64,000 bases of DNA from Octopus sinensis (lineage: Eukaryota). How positions within the stretch are numbered: the first letter of the stretch is position 1; the number at the start of each line of letters is the position of its first letter. The notes under the pieces are model-generated. The model was given only the letters and a program-made list of their open reading frames with translations. It had not been told where the DNA came from and made no database searches. Positions 13,755 to 26,887 of this stretch are shown here, in pieces. The stretch is taken from positions 62,930,001 to 62,994,000 of the forward strand of contig NC_043004.1 in the NCBI RefSeq assembly GCF_006345805.1. The letters are read 5' to 3'. A program made the position numbers and the translations under genes.

Positions 13755-14022
13755 TTCTCTCAATGATTTTATAGTTAATACGAAATCCTGGTGCCGTTAT
13801 TGTTTCGTCACTTCGGAAATCAATCCAGATAGCATTAGCTGGAATTGTAGTGTTTTGTGGAGTATCAAGTAAACCGTAGAGCTTCAGAAGTTCTGTCGAA
13901 GAATTATTAGCAGCATCGAGGCCAATACCAATACTCAACTGGTCGTATATCTCTGTCTGGAACCCTGTGATTTCTAGAAGGATTACCGAGTTAGCAGGAG
14001 CAGCAATTACCCAAGAGCAGAA
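13755..14022 (-). CDS. CUB-domain gene exon: C-terminal part of CUB2
   Basis: Acceptor gatttattttccag|TTC (phase 0). Encodes FCSWVIAAPANSVILLEITGFQTEIYDQLSIG...IWIDFRSDETITAPGFRINYKIIER. 268 nt; donor A|GTATGA (phase 1). Confidence 0.88.
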
Positions 14023-14314
14023 CTGGAAAATAAATCAAATATTCACTGATGTAAATCATAAAATTGCGTCACGTTCTCAGTTTCTTTTACACATATAACT
14101 GGCAATTATTGTGTGCTGTTAAGTGTATTAAAATGTAAATCTTATAATATATTCAAATGCACGAAATCCATTAGCTTATCAAAGTAGAGTAACTTCTATT
14201 CAAGAATAGAAGTTTTCATGTAAACAATATTTGGTCAGTGTAGAAACTATATATATGTTAGGAATGCCATTGTTTTGTTGCAGATGAAATAAAGATGTCA
14301 TATAATTACTATGT

Positions 14315-14560
14315 GGAGCCACGTGGCTTAGTGTTTAGGGTGTCAGCATCATGATCGTAAGATTGTGGTTTCGATTCCTGGACCGGGCGACGCGTTGTGT
14401 TCTTGAGCAAAACACTTCATTTGACGTTGCTCCAGTTCACTCAGCTGGCAAAAATGAGAAACGCTGCGATGGACTGGTGTCCCATCCAGCTGGGGGGAAC
14501 ACATACGCCATGGAAACCGGGAAACCGGACCCATGAGTCTGGCTAGGCTTTAAATAAAAG
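14315..14560 (+). mobile_element. tRNA-derived SINE
   Basis: tRNA-like head GGAGCCACGTGGCTTAGTG...GGTTTCGATTCCTGG with A/B-box-like motifs; body cttgagcaaaacac is shared with the 21687 copy. Confidence 0.7.
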
Positions 14561-15864
14561 CCCGCATTTTTTAAAATATAATTACTATGATAAACGAGTC
14601 CGGAATTATTACGCCGTATTAATTATAGGGTTATTAGAACATTGAAGTTCACTCCAAAATAAAATGAAATACTCCGACAATGAAGGAACTTCTGCGTTTT
14701 CTCTCGTCTTAAACCAAAAGAACGCGAAAATTAGTGCATTCTAATACGCATGAATATCTGTTGATAGGACACTAATTACCAGTCCATTGTGCTACATATG
14801 AAACAACCTAGTAGCTTTGTATTTATTATGCAGAACTCTGCTTGAGGATACTTTCCTCTGTTGCATTTATAAAAGGGCTTAAATACAAAATCGTTATCAA
14901 TATTAACTGTCTATATTGTCAAAACATTTCTATCTAATCATGCTGATAGAAGTGTACCCATTGCCTGGTTTTAGATTTAAAAACACCCAGGAATATTATT
15001 GCCCTCCGACTGCATAGACAGGTGCTTCCAACATATTATCGCACACGTATTAATACGCAGATTACTAAGCCAACATACTTTTCCTTGAACATATTCACAT
15101 TTTGATATAAACTTTGTTCCAAGAGAGAAAATAGATAGGGAGCGCCTTAGAGTGTGCATCTCGATCACGGTTGGCACATAAAGGATATAAGACATCAAAA
15201 ACTGCTAAAATTACCTATAGTGAGACAATTATATAAATAAGTGTAGCTTTGAATTGCTAAAATATTCGCCAGCACGCACAAACAGGATATCAAATCAGAC
15301 AGGTTCCTTCTATATGCTGAATCAAAGCGAAGAAGAGAGCCGGTGTAATTGTTAGCGAGTATATCTCTTTAAATGTCAAATTTTATAGTACTGAATAGCG
15401 ATGTATACGTTAAACACAATAGTAGTTTTAGATAAATTTGACTCAATTAATTTGATCAAATGTCTTGCAGTTTGACGGCCGTAAGACATCTAATCAAACA
15501 TATCCTTTAAAAAGCTAGTAGAGCTGAGCAACAACAACGAATCTAGGTGAGGTTGTGGAAGCATTTTTAAATTCAAGAGACGCTGAATGTGATATAGAGA
15601 AATGAAGCGTAAGAGTTATAGAAGGATTCTAAAAGCATCCTAGACGTTTATAAAGTTTTTCCAATATTTACTTAATCGCAATTTAAATATTGTTCACAAA
15701 CAGCAAAGGAATTACCAGCTATCGATTCGAATGTAATACTTGTAAGCTTGGGAAAAGAAATGCCTTATACGTGGTATAATCAATAGGCATAAGAAATGTT
15801 GTCATTGTAACGAAGCTAAAACACGCAGATTAAAGTCGCTGAATATGCGCTTTAAATTTTCAGG

Positions 15865-16515
15865 TTCTAGCACACTTCCGCTGTGTACACAGTGCTTGGA
15901 AGGAAGATGTATAACGGGTGATCGTCGCATTGACAATGACAGGGTAAGTTAAGCAAAGAATCAGTATCAAGTTTTGTCAAAAGCTTGGCGATATCTGCTT
16001 AGAACCCTACGCAAAGTTCTAACAAGGTTTTCATCGTTCTCGATACACTGAAAGAGATCTTCTGCAGTTGAAATCCGAGTGTCCTTTTGGTCAGCTGAAA
16101 GTAGTTTTGAAACAAATTTGGCAGACACGCATCTCATACTAAAATCTTCAGTGATAACAGAGTGAACAGAAACGTAACTAATCTGTCCATTCTCTGAACT
16201 CGTACAGATGGTGATTCGACGATTTCCCCTCAAAGCTGCATGCATATCTGCGATGGTTTTTCTCAGATCTGCTGGTTGTGGGTCTCCGTGGACGTTCGTC
16301 AATATCGACATTTTTCGGCCAAATTGGAAACGTTTGAACCACTCGTTCACTTGTGTGCAGCTCATGCACCCCTCTCCAGACAATTTCTGCAACTGTGCGT
16401 AGGCCTCTGAGCAGGTATTGCCATAACAAATTTCTCTGTCATGGTCAATGCGATGATCATACGCTACACACCTTCCTTCATAGGAGTGCTGTACACTCAG
16501 CGGAAGTGAGCTAGA
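15865..16515 (-). mobile_element. Non-autonomous mariner derivative (N-terminal transposase flanked by two inverted 5' ends)
   Basis: Minus ORF has QVNEWFKRFQFG..DIDERPRRP..MRCVSAKFVSKLLS (mariner HTH region). ~110-bp imperfect inverted repeats at 15865-15990 and 16405-16515. Confidence 0.75.
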
Positions 16516-16699
16516 GATTTAAAACTTCGGTCGCTTGCAGCGTAGATTTCGAGGTCAAACTTTACCAACTGGCTTTCCTCTGCCTGCATTAGTTTAGTTA
16601 CTATGGCAATAGTCCGGGTACTTATTGATCAGATCTCGTAGATTTTGAGATTCTTCCACATAATCAATTTGAAAACTATTTCCCCCGCCTCTCTCTCTC

Positions 16700-18460
16700 T
16701 CTCTCTCTCTCACCTCGTAAATCAGGAAACACCGCATGTGATTAAATGGAAAGTATTTGTGACATCCATACCTTATGTGAATGGATCAAATAAATGTAGA
16801 TTTTCTTTGGCTGAAAGATCACGCGGTTTGTGGCATATCATACCATGATCTACTTTATCAAAAGCTTTTACATAATCAAGGTATATTACGTCCACATTTG
16901 AGCTGTTGCGTGACTGCCTCAACACCCATTCATAATGTTGTAAGAACTGTGTCAGGCAGCTCCTACCTGGTCGAAAGCTCTGCTGGGTAATCATTCAGCA
17001 AGGAATGCGATTAGTTTCCTTCTGACTATCCGTTCCATGAATTTGCGGATGTGTGAAGTCATGGAGATAGGCCTATAGATTTGGCATCTACTCTGCTTTC
17101 CCCTTTATAAATTTGGCATATCATTGCTTCCTTCAGCTTGCTTGGCAGTCTGCGATTTCCAAGAAATCTCTGGAAGAGAATCTGGAGGCGTTTTGCCAGA
17201 ACACGTTTAATCGATATGAGGAGGATTGTTGGGAAACCATCAGTACTAGCAGTTGAGTTTGCGTCCACCTTATCTATGGCTAGTAGTATATCTTCCTCGC
17301 TAATGTCGATGTACCCAATCGTAACTGCCTCGTTGGTTATAGGTCAGACGGCAAAGGGATCCGCTTGTTCGTTCACTTATCTGTTCTTTTGAACTGTTCA
17401 TTCCGTCCCTCACTGATCCTGGTTGGACTCTCTGGGAGCGATCCTATCTTGCAGCGTATTGATTCTGTTTCTTTTGCATAATGAATGAATGCCTTTGGAT
17501 TTGCCTTAATGTTTTTTATAACCCAGGCTTCTTTGTCTGCACTCTCCCTTACAGGCGTTTTTCAATCTCCATCAGTGTTCTTTTTAGGCGGGACTTCTCG
17601 CAACTTTTGGAATGTTGGTTGGGGCAATTTGCAACCTTCGTCTTTCATTTCATGAGGATCTTCCTCTCCCTTGGAATCTTGTTCCTTCTTGTGTTGGCCT
17701 TTTGCACTGGGACATATTTCTGGCATATGGTTGCATAACAGACATGAAATATTCTAGTTTCATGCCAATGTCTGGTGTGGAGAGACATTTCGGCCAGTCC
17801 TGTTTGAGGATCTCTTTTTGGATTGTTTTCTCGTCTGATTTGTGGAAGTTCAGATTGAAGAGATTTTGGGTGCTTCGTTTAGGCTGTAAGTTTCTGGCTA
17901 CTTCCGCCCGAACATAGACAACTCTATTATGTTGTGATCTGAGACTAACGTCGCCATCACTTTCACATTATGAACGACGTCTATATTGTTTCTGAAGCAG
18001 AGGTCGAGAATATTAATCGCCCAAGTTGGTCTGAGTAAAACTTACACCATGAATAGAGCACTGGTGAGGTTGAGCAGGGACTCCTGTTGTGCTTGTTTGC
18101 AATGAGTCATTCCTCAGAGCGTGAAGCCTGCGAGACATTTGACATTGGAAAGTTGAAGTCATCCATAAGAAATACGCTCACGTAAGGTTCCAGTTTAATG
18201 AAAATTTTCCTTAATTCTTGTGAGGCAAACTTCAAACTTGCCTTTGGGATTTGGAGCATCCGGTTGGCGAGGTGTATTGCATATGACTATATTGTGTTAT
18301 GTTATGTAAGCAATTAGACTTCACATACTGAATTTGAGTATGACAGTAAGACCTGGGGTGTGAGGTCATCACGGATGTATACAGCATGTCCAACGTGGCT
18401 CGTTTCCCTTCTGTCTTTTCGCAGTATGGTATATTTTGGTACTTGTATTTCTGTATCCCG
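16700..18460 (-). mobile_element. Degenerate LINE (CR1/Jockey-group) ORF2: endonuclease to RT
   Basis: YTILRKDRR..GHAVYIRDD (APE region) and QQSFRPGRSCLTQF..DVIYLDYVKAFDKVDHG (RT). Frameshifted. Confidence 0.85.
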
Positions 18461-18590
18461 TATATGCATATATATATATATATATATATATGTGGGGGGT
18501 ATGCATGTGTGTTTGTGTCTGTGTACATGCATATATATACATATACATATATAAATATATACGCATATACACACATACACATTTATATAC

Positions 18591-18636
<46 letters not shown>

Positions 18637-18722
18637 TATATCATATTATATATTATATTATATATATACCATATTATATATATATTATATTATATATATA
18701 AATACACGCATACACACACATT

Positions 18723-18776
<54 letters not shown>

Positions 18777-19594
18777 TAATATGTGTATGTATGTGTATAA
18801 TACACAAGTGTTTCAAAATTTATAACGGTGAGAAGACCGCCAGTTCAGGCCGTTAAACTGAAAACCACAATTCTAATAAATTTTAGCCTTCTTTTTGTAT
18901 AGTTAAATATTTCAATTCTTCGGTCACATAATACACGGTTAAATTTATTCAGCACGTTGGTTTAGGGCATCCGATTTGAATTTTTGATGTATAAAGATGA
19001 AACTAAATACGCATGCGTTTACTTTGTGTTTGCGGAACATAGTAAAGTTTTATAATTATACATTTTACAGCGACTTTACTGACGAGCCACAGAGGGTTGA
19101 TTAAGCAATCAATTGACTTATTAATTGATTTATTTAATCAGTAATAGTGAACTTCTGGGGATATAGGGTTAATTGAGAGTATTATTCATTCAAATGTCCT
19201 GCTTGCTTACTAGCAATGGACCATAAGAATGTGTTTTCGTGTTTGCGATTTGACTGTCCTTTTTATCATGGACAATTTCCACGTGGTATCCTTCTCTCCA
19301 TGTATAAATTTTTATACACCCTTATATTATAAAAATATTTATGTCTTATGACTTTTATAAATTATTAGTTTTAATAATTTTTAAAACTTATCTATAGTGT
19401 ATAGTATTAATTACTTACGGTATGCAAATTAGGGACTCCTTCATAGAGCAACGGCTGCAGTTTTTGAGTATATAAGAGTTTGGCTGCTTGTTTCTCCGGA
19501 TATTGTAAAAGTGATGAAGGTCGTTCACAACGTTTTTCAGTCTGCGGAGAAATTACTTAAATTGGCCCTGTTTATAATTATACCATATGTTACG

Positions 19595-19628
<34 letters not shown>

Positions 19629-19699
19629 TAAGAGAATGGTCACTATGTGGCTCATTCTAGCACTAGAAATTCCAAAAGGTTTCAATATATATATATATA

Positions 19700-20545
19700 T
19701 TTCAACAATTGAGGGTAAAATTAATTAATTATTAATCAATTTCACCAAGTATTCAGTATGTAAAGGGACCATTTTAGGCGAATTCAAATACGTTCTCAAA
19801 TAACCTTTGCATTTGATTTTTTAATGTTTTTTTCCCCCATACCTTTGTGAGTTGGTTTAGGCAAACACTATCTGAGAGAGATCTTCTTTAAGTATTAGAA
19901 ATAGCTGAAGAAATTTCTTTAGCTGCTATTTCTAATGAGTTCAGTATGTGGCAAAGTAATTTATTTTACTAAGCCCTTATATATAATGTAATATTTTGAA
20001 TTCGCCTAAAATGGTCCCTTTACATACTGAATACTTGGTGAAATTGATTAATAATTAATTAATTTTACCCTCAATTGTTGAAATTATAATTCATCTTTCT
20101 CTGTTAAATGCTGCGGTTTTCACCGTTAATACATGGTGTTTGTCAATTTTAACCCACGCTGGTGGAAAGGGGAGAGCAGAAATTCTTCGCTTGCATATTC
20201 GAATTTGGTAGCACTTTTAGTTCGAGCAGAATTCTAGAAGTGATAAGAAGCCGAAAGGGTATGCTCCCAACTTTCAGTGTTCCCAAATCCGATTCAAGGA
20301 ATTCTGAGCTGACGAAAGAAATGTCGAATTGACTAATCTAGAAACGTACGTTCTCAAATAACCTTTGCACTTGATTTTTTAATGTTTTTTCCCCCATACC
20401 TTTGTGAGTTGGTTTAGGCAAACACTATCTGAGAGAGATCTTCTTTAAGTATTAGAAATAGCTGAAGAAATTTCTTTAGCTGCTATTTCTAATGAGTTCA
20501 GTATGTGGCAAAGTAATTTATTTTACTAAGCCCTTATATATAATA
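19700..20545 (+). mobile_element. Penelope-like pseudo-LTR arrangement: 1.35 copies of a 558-bp unit plus an inverted segment
   Basis: 19790-19990 is directly repeated at 20348-20545 (offset 558). 19700-19788 is the reverse complement of ~19996-20085. The unit shares blocks with the 32-35 kb array. Confidence 0.7.
20304..20357 (+). ncRNA. Type I hammerhead ribozyme motif
   Basis: Stem I CUGAG/CUCAA; core CUGACGA (20309-20315); stem II AGA..GUC/GAC..UCU; GAAA (20341-20344); palindromic stem III ACGUACGU; predicted GUU cleavage after 20352. Confidence 0.7.
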
Positions 20546-20560
20546 TATATATTATATATA

Positions 20561-20690
20561 TTTATTTTATAGAAGGAGCTTCTACAGGACTAGAACTGTT
20601 TCATTCAAAAGAAATCATCAGGAAGCTTCCTGATGATTTCTTTTGAATGAAACAGTTCTAGTCCTGTAGAAGCTCCTTCTATAAAATAAA
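20561..20690. ncRNA. Perfect 130-bp palindrome carrying a type I hammerhead motif on each strand
   Basis: Centre AAG|CTT at 20625/20626. Plus strand: stem I AGCUUC/GAAGCU, CUGAUGA 20630-20636, stem II UUC-UUUU-GAA, GAAA 20649-20652, stem III ACAG..CUGU, GUA site after 20668. Confidence 0.72.
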
Positions 20691-20756
20691 TTAATTTACT
20701 CTGCTATGTATTGAGTACCTTATTTACTGTGGTTAACCCCGACTCAACCCGGGACC

Positions 20757-20816
<60 letters not shown>

Positions 20817-21193
20817 TATATACATATATGAGTGTGGGTATGTATGAGGTGGTATTGATATATATATTTCCTCTATTGTAAATTCTGTGCAGAATTTATT
20901 CTGTTTAAATAAATCTGTGTCGATTTATTTAAACGAGAAATAGTTTAAGTTTACATTATCGAAAACTTTGCACTCAGTTCACTGAGTAAACAATGACAAA
21001 TTTTGTTTGACCAGATTCCTCAATCCAGTTTTCTGCTGCACTTTTATTGTCTTTACTGACACTTCTATCAAAGAATTCTGAAAAGATTTTTCTGAAAATC
21101 CATCGAGAATATTTGAATGTATAAAAATTGCGAATTTAAAATTTTTTCGTGACTACTTTTAAAATTATTTGTTTATGAAAAGAATGAACTCAC

Positions 21194-21303
21194 CTCACTA
21201 TTTGAATAATGCCAAAAAGGATAACCAGGTGTTGACAAACTACCTTCTGATGATGTCAATAATTCATGGCAGAATGGATTTGGTAGTAAATGAACCGAAG
21301 CTT
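21194..21303 (-). CDS. CUB-domain gene exon: linker plus N-terminal part of CUB2
   Basis: Acceptor gacttcttgcag|AA (phase 1). Encodes ASVHLLPNPFCHELLTSSEGSLSTPGYPFWHYSNSE. 110 nt; donor GAG|GTGAGT (phase 0), matching the phase-0 start FCSW at 14022. Confidence 0.88.
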
Positions 21304-21686
21304 CTGCAAGAAGTCATTAGTTATAATTTGCTTTAGATCATTATTCGCTTCTTGTAGTTTTCAAAGATAGCATCTTTGATATATCTATATGTTTCTTCCT
21401 TAGCAATTCATTAGCATACACCACCATTCATTGAATTGTACTGATGAACAAACACAGAAAATTAAATTGTAAGAAAAAAAATTTTAATGTTTCTCCTAAA
21501 AAGACTTTTCGATTATGCCTGTAGCATTCTGACGCACATTTGACTAATAAAGTATTAAAAAAAAATAATATTAATACTCACAATTCAATATCCAGAAAAT
21601 ACAACTAGAAACGCAATATGAAATAAATATATTTTGATATTTATCACACAGTGAATGTAAAAACACACTCTGCGCATTTAATACGT

Positions 21687-21973
21687 GGAGGCGCAATGGC
21701 CCAGTGGTCAGGGCATCGGACTCGCGGTTGTAGGATCGCGGTTTCGATTCCCAGACCGGGTGTTGTGAGTGTCTATTGAGCAAAAACACCTAAAGCTCCA
21801 CGAGGCTCCGTCAGTGGGTGATGGCGATCCCTGCTGTACTCTTTCGCCACAATTTCATTCTTTCTTCTGTTGGCCTGCTCGCTTAGCCAGGTGGCTAAAA
21901 CAATGCGAAGCGCATTGTGACCAGCGATGTGTAGCAACATCTAATAGTCTAGTCGGTCACGTGATCACGTGAT
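21687..21973 (+). mobile_element. tRNA-derived SINE
   Basis: GGAGGCGCAATGGCCCAGTGGTCAGGG...GGTTTCGATTCCCAG head; tail ends cacgtgatcacgtgata. Confidence 0.75.
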
Positions 21974-22379
21974 AATATAATACAGAAGATGAATGGGTTG
22001 ACTTCAATTCATACTACGCGATTTTCGATACTATAGCTATTGAGCAATTAATGGATTACATTACATGATAAAAGGCGAAGAGGATTTCATAATGCAGTTT
22101 TTACTCTTTGTGAAGATTTGTTTCATTACGTACATTACAAGATTTATATCATAAGTATGCGTCAGTCGTAAAAGAAAGTGGAACTGAGACTGGATAATTT
22201 TGTGTCAGCTGCTGATGGCGGGGCAACATCTGTGTGGATGAACAGGCCTACACGGGAGGGAGTCGTCTTGATTGCTTCAACTGTATTTGCAGCTCTCAGC
22301 ATATGACTCATAATTTTCCAGGGGTAGATCTCGGGCATTTTGAAACCGCTGACTGCCTATTATATTGCAGGGCCAAGAA

Positions 22380-22813
<434 letters not shown>

Positions 22814-22822
22814 TATATATAT

Positions 22823-22867
<45 letters not shown>

Positions 22868-22868
22868 A

Positions 22869-23100
22869 CTTATAAACAAGGGCAAAAGAAAATTATTTCT
22901 ATGTCAATATGCGGATAACAGACTTTTAAATCGTCAATTCCACATGTTATAAAATACCCACTACAGAAATACGTTGTGCTCGATTTCAGCACAACGTATT
23001 TCTGTAGTGGGTATATAATAACATGTGGAAATTGACGATTTAAAAGTCTGTTATCCGCATATTGACATAGAAATAATTTTCTTTTGCCCTTGTTTATAAG
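22869..23100. repeat. Near-perfect inverted repeat, 112-bp arms, 7-nt loop
   Basis: 22869-22980 is the reverse complement of 22988-23100 with about three differences; loop cgatttc. Confidence 0.9.
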
Positions 23101-23199
23101 GTGCTTATAATTTTAACCTTTAAACGTATTTTAATATGCTACCACTTTTTTGATGAAATTTTTTTCTGTAAAAAAAATTGATCCTATATTTACTTACAC

Positions 23200-24320
23200 A
23201 GATGCACACACACACATACATACATACATACATACATACACCCACACACATACACATACACATACTTACATACTCCTATACGCACATACATACACACATA
23301 CACACTCACACATACATACACACACATACTTACACACACACTCGCCTGCACGCGCACACACATGCATGACTAACACCCATACACTCACACTCACATACAC
23401 ACAGACCAACATATACACGCACACGCACACATACACGCACACACACACCTACACTCCCACACACATACATACGCACCTACATACACACACACACGCATAC
23501 ACACGCATACACACGCATACATACATATATTACACACGTACACACACACCTACATACACATGCATACACACACACAAACACACACGGACGCACCCATACA
23601 TACATACATACATACATACACCTATACACACACGCCCACACACCTACATACACACACATGCATACACACCCACACACGGACACACCCATACATACTCACA
23701 TACATACACCTATACACACACGCCTACACACCTACATACACACACATGCATACATACACACACATGTACGCACATACACACACCTATACGCACATACATA
23801 TATACCCACACACGTGCACACACACATACACACACACATACGCACATGCATACGCATACATGCATACATGCATACGCATACATGCATACGCATACATGCA
23901 TACATGCATACACACACACACACGCACGTACACATACATACACACACACATACATAGACCCATACACACACATGCATCCTACACACACAGACATACACAC
24001 TCACACATACATACACACACACACACTCACTCACACACCTGCATGTACGCGCATACACATGCACATACACACACTTCCACACACACACACGTACATACAT
24101 ACACACTCATACACACACACACGGACATACATCTATATACACACATATACACACACATACTTACATACATTCATCGGACACACTGACACCCAGACTTACA
24201 CACAGACACACTCACACATCCACACACATACATACTTACACACACACTCGCAGGCGCGCGCACATACACGCTTGTGCACGTTCGCGCACGCATACGCGCA
24301 TGCATGCACCACGCTCTTGG
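23200..24320. repeat. Degenerate (CA)/(TACA)-rich low-complexity tract
   Basis: Visible composition; source of the spurious 391-aa His/Thr ORF. Confidence 0.9.
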
Positions 24321-25254
24321 TTTGACCGACTAGATCCCCTGTACATATCTGGGGCCGGCGCGTGTCTTTGTGTTCTCCCACGCTACTCGCCGCGGGACCA
24401 CTCTTCCATCTTCCCCTCCCCCCTCCGCTGCAGTTTTTCCTTAACCCCCCCTCTTTGTACACACACGCACACACATACACACACCCACTCACACACACAC
24501 ATTTGCATATATATATACATTACACTTACACACACTTCAAATTTACTTGCCATACACACAACTACGCACACTGGATACACTACCACTCTACACACACACT
24601 GGCACGTTACATACGCCCCCACCCTTTCCCTCCTTCCCTTCTTCCCTCCTTCCTCCCATTTTTTACCACTGACCACTCACTCGAGACTTGCTTTGTCATC
24701 TGTTCGCCCTGCACGCACTAACATATACATATTTTTTGTTTTTTTATCTCGCCTCACACACACATACACACACGCACACGCACACACTCACACATACATA
24801 CACACGCACACACACATACCTCCCTGTTTCTGACCTGCCTTTCTCACTTGCTAGGGTACCCCCACACACTCCTTTAACTCTACTACTGCCTGCTACTAGC
24901 CACTGTCCACCATACACACACATACACACACACGCACACACACATACACACACCCTCGTTTTCTCGCACACCTTTTTTACCATTCCCTCTTTGATTCAGT
25001 TCTCCTGTTTTTAAAAAACATTTTCCTCCTTTTTTACCACTTCCGTCTTTTCAGTATGTGACCTCGTGAAGACTACCTGCAATTTTTTTTCCCCTGTCCT
25101 CCCGTCTCGGGATCTTTCTTTCTCCTATGTTTCCGACGAAGAGCTCCGCTCGAAACGTCATACCCTCCTTCTTCCCATTTCCTGAGCGCCTAATAATAAT
25201 AATACTGTAATTGTTCCACGTGTTGTTGTTTTTTCTGTTTTCCCGTTTGGATTA

Positions 25255-25322
<68 letters not shown>

Positions 25323-26400
25323 TGTATGTATGTACGTATGTATGAACAAATCGTACCAAGGACTTATTCCTTGTAAGCTTAGTACTTATTCTATCGGTCT
25401 CTTTTGCCGTACTGCTACGTTACAGGGACATAAACACACCAACATCGGCTGTGAAGTGATGGTGGACGGGCGGACACAAACACGCACATACATAAATATA
25501 TCTATATACGAAGGGCTTCTTTCAGTTTCCGTCTACCAAATCCACTTACAAGGCTTTAATCGGACGGAGGTTATAGTAGAAGACACTTGCCCAAGGTGTC
25601 ACCCAGTGGGACTGAACCCGAAACCATGTGGTTGGTAAGCAAACTACTTACCACACAACCACTCTTGCGCCTAGGAGGAAGAAAGGAGAAAGAATAACCG
25701 ATGTTCATCGCTATGTATGTAGGGGAAGAATTCACAAAAGAAAACAAAAGACGAAGACAGGTGCTGTAGACAACAAACCGAGGTATTAGTATAACGCTCG
25801 GGGAGTGAAAAAGTCTTTAACGTTTCGGGCCTACGCTCTTCCACAGAAAGGGAGACAGAAAGAAACCGGGGGAGAAAATAAAGAATGTGTAGTGGCTAGC
25901 GATCTATCATGGTGAAGGCAGAGCAGAACAGTCACACAGGAGAGCTAAGGAGAAGGGGAGATAACAAAGTTGTGATGATCCCGAAACGAAGGTGCTCGCG
26001 CGTGTGTATAAGAGAGTTTGTATGTGCGTGTGGATGAGGGCTGGTGATCTTGACGTGTGCTTGTGTGTATGTGTATGTGTGAAAATGTGGGTCTGGGAAG
26101 TGGGCAGTGCAAATGTGTGTGTGGTCGTGTGTTGTGATGTGATGTGTTTTGTGGGTGGTGTAAGGTGTAGTGGTGTGTAGTGTGGTGTGATATTATTTGT
26201 GGGTGGGGGGAGGCGGAACAGGGGAAAGCAAAGGTAGGGTGTGGGTAGGTTGAGGGTGGGGTAAAGGTGGGGTATGCGGGTGTAGGTGTAAGTGGTGAGA
26301 TGTCGTGAGATGTGGAAGGATAGGGAAGGTGGGGTTGTAGTATACATACACGTATGTATGTATTTGTATATAAGGTATATGCGTAATGGCATGTCCTTGT
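24320..26400. mobile_element. Two non-autonomous Penelope-like repeats in tail-to-tail orientation around a SINE
   Basis: Both 3' regions carry GAAGAG..CTCGAAACGT-type hammerhead-like motifs (25129-25163 plus; 25815-25850 minus) and pyrimidine/CA-rich bodies. Confidence 0.45.
25345..25672 (-). mobile_element. tRNA-derived SINE
   Basis: Reverse complement reads ggcgcaagagtggttgtgtggtaagtag...ggttcagtcccactg, as in the 46064 copy. Confidence 0.8.
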
Positions 26401-26887
26401 TGTCCAACGTTATGACAGTCTTTATTATTGAAGATGACACATGCATTCAAAACAGAAAGAGAATCCATAAGCAAATTTAGTTCCGTAAGATTTTGTACTT
26501 CTTTATTGAACGGAAAATATATCACAAAATTTTTTCCACCATAACGTTTCTTTTATATTTATACAACTAGAATTTGGTGCCCCCAAATATATTTACATAT
26601 ACTTTTCTGATTAATGCTACTTTTTAAAAGATACTTAGATACTTTTTGGAGCAATTGGTCTGCGATTTAAACATTTTTGTGGGGTCATGATTGGTATCTT
26701 TGTATTTTGCCCCACACTTATCTTCAAAATAGGTATATTTAAATGCTCTTTTTACAAATATATGTTTTGGAGATTATAGATTACTGAATATTAAATATTG
26801 AACTTGTTCGTTTGAAAACTGATATAAAAATGCATGTATGAATCAAATTCAGTATTATATGTATAAAGAATATACATATGTGTATAT

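Noticed and set aside
23150-24325. 391-aa His/Thr-rich ORF
   Set aside because: Translation of a degenerate (CA)n/(TACA)n tract; no splice or domain support.
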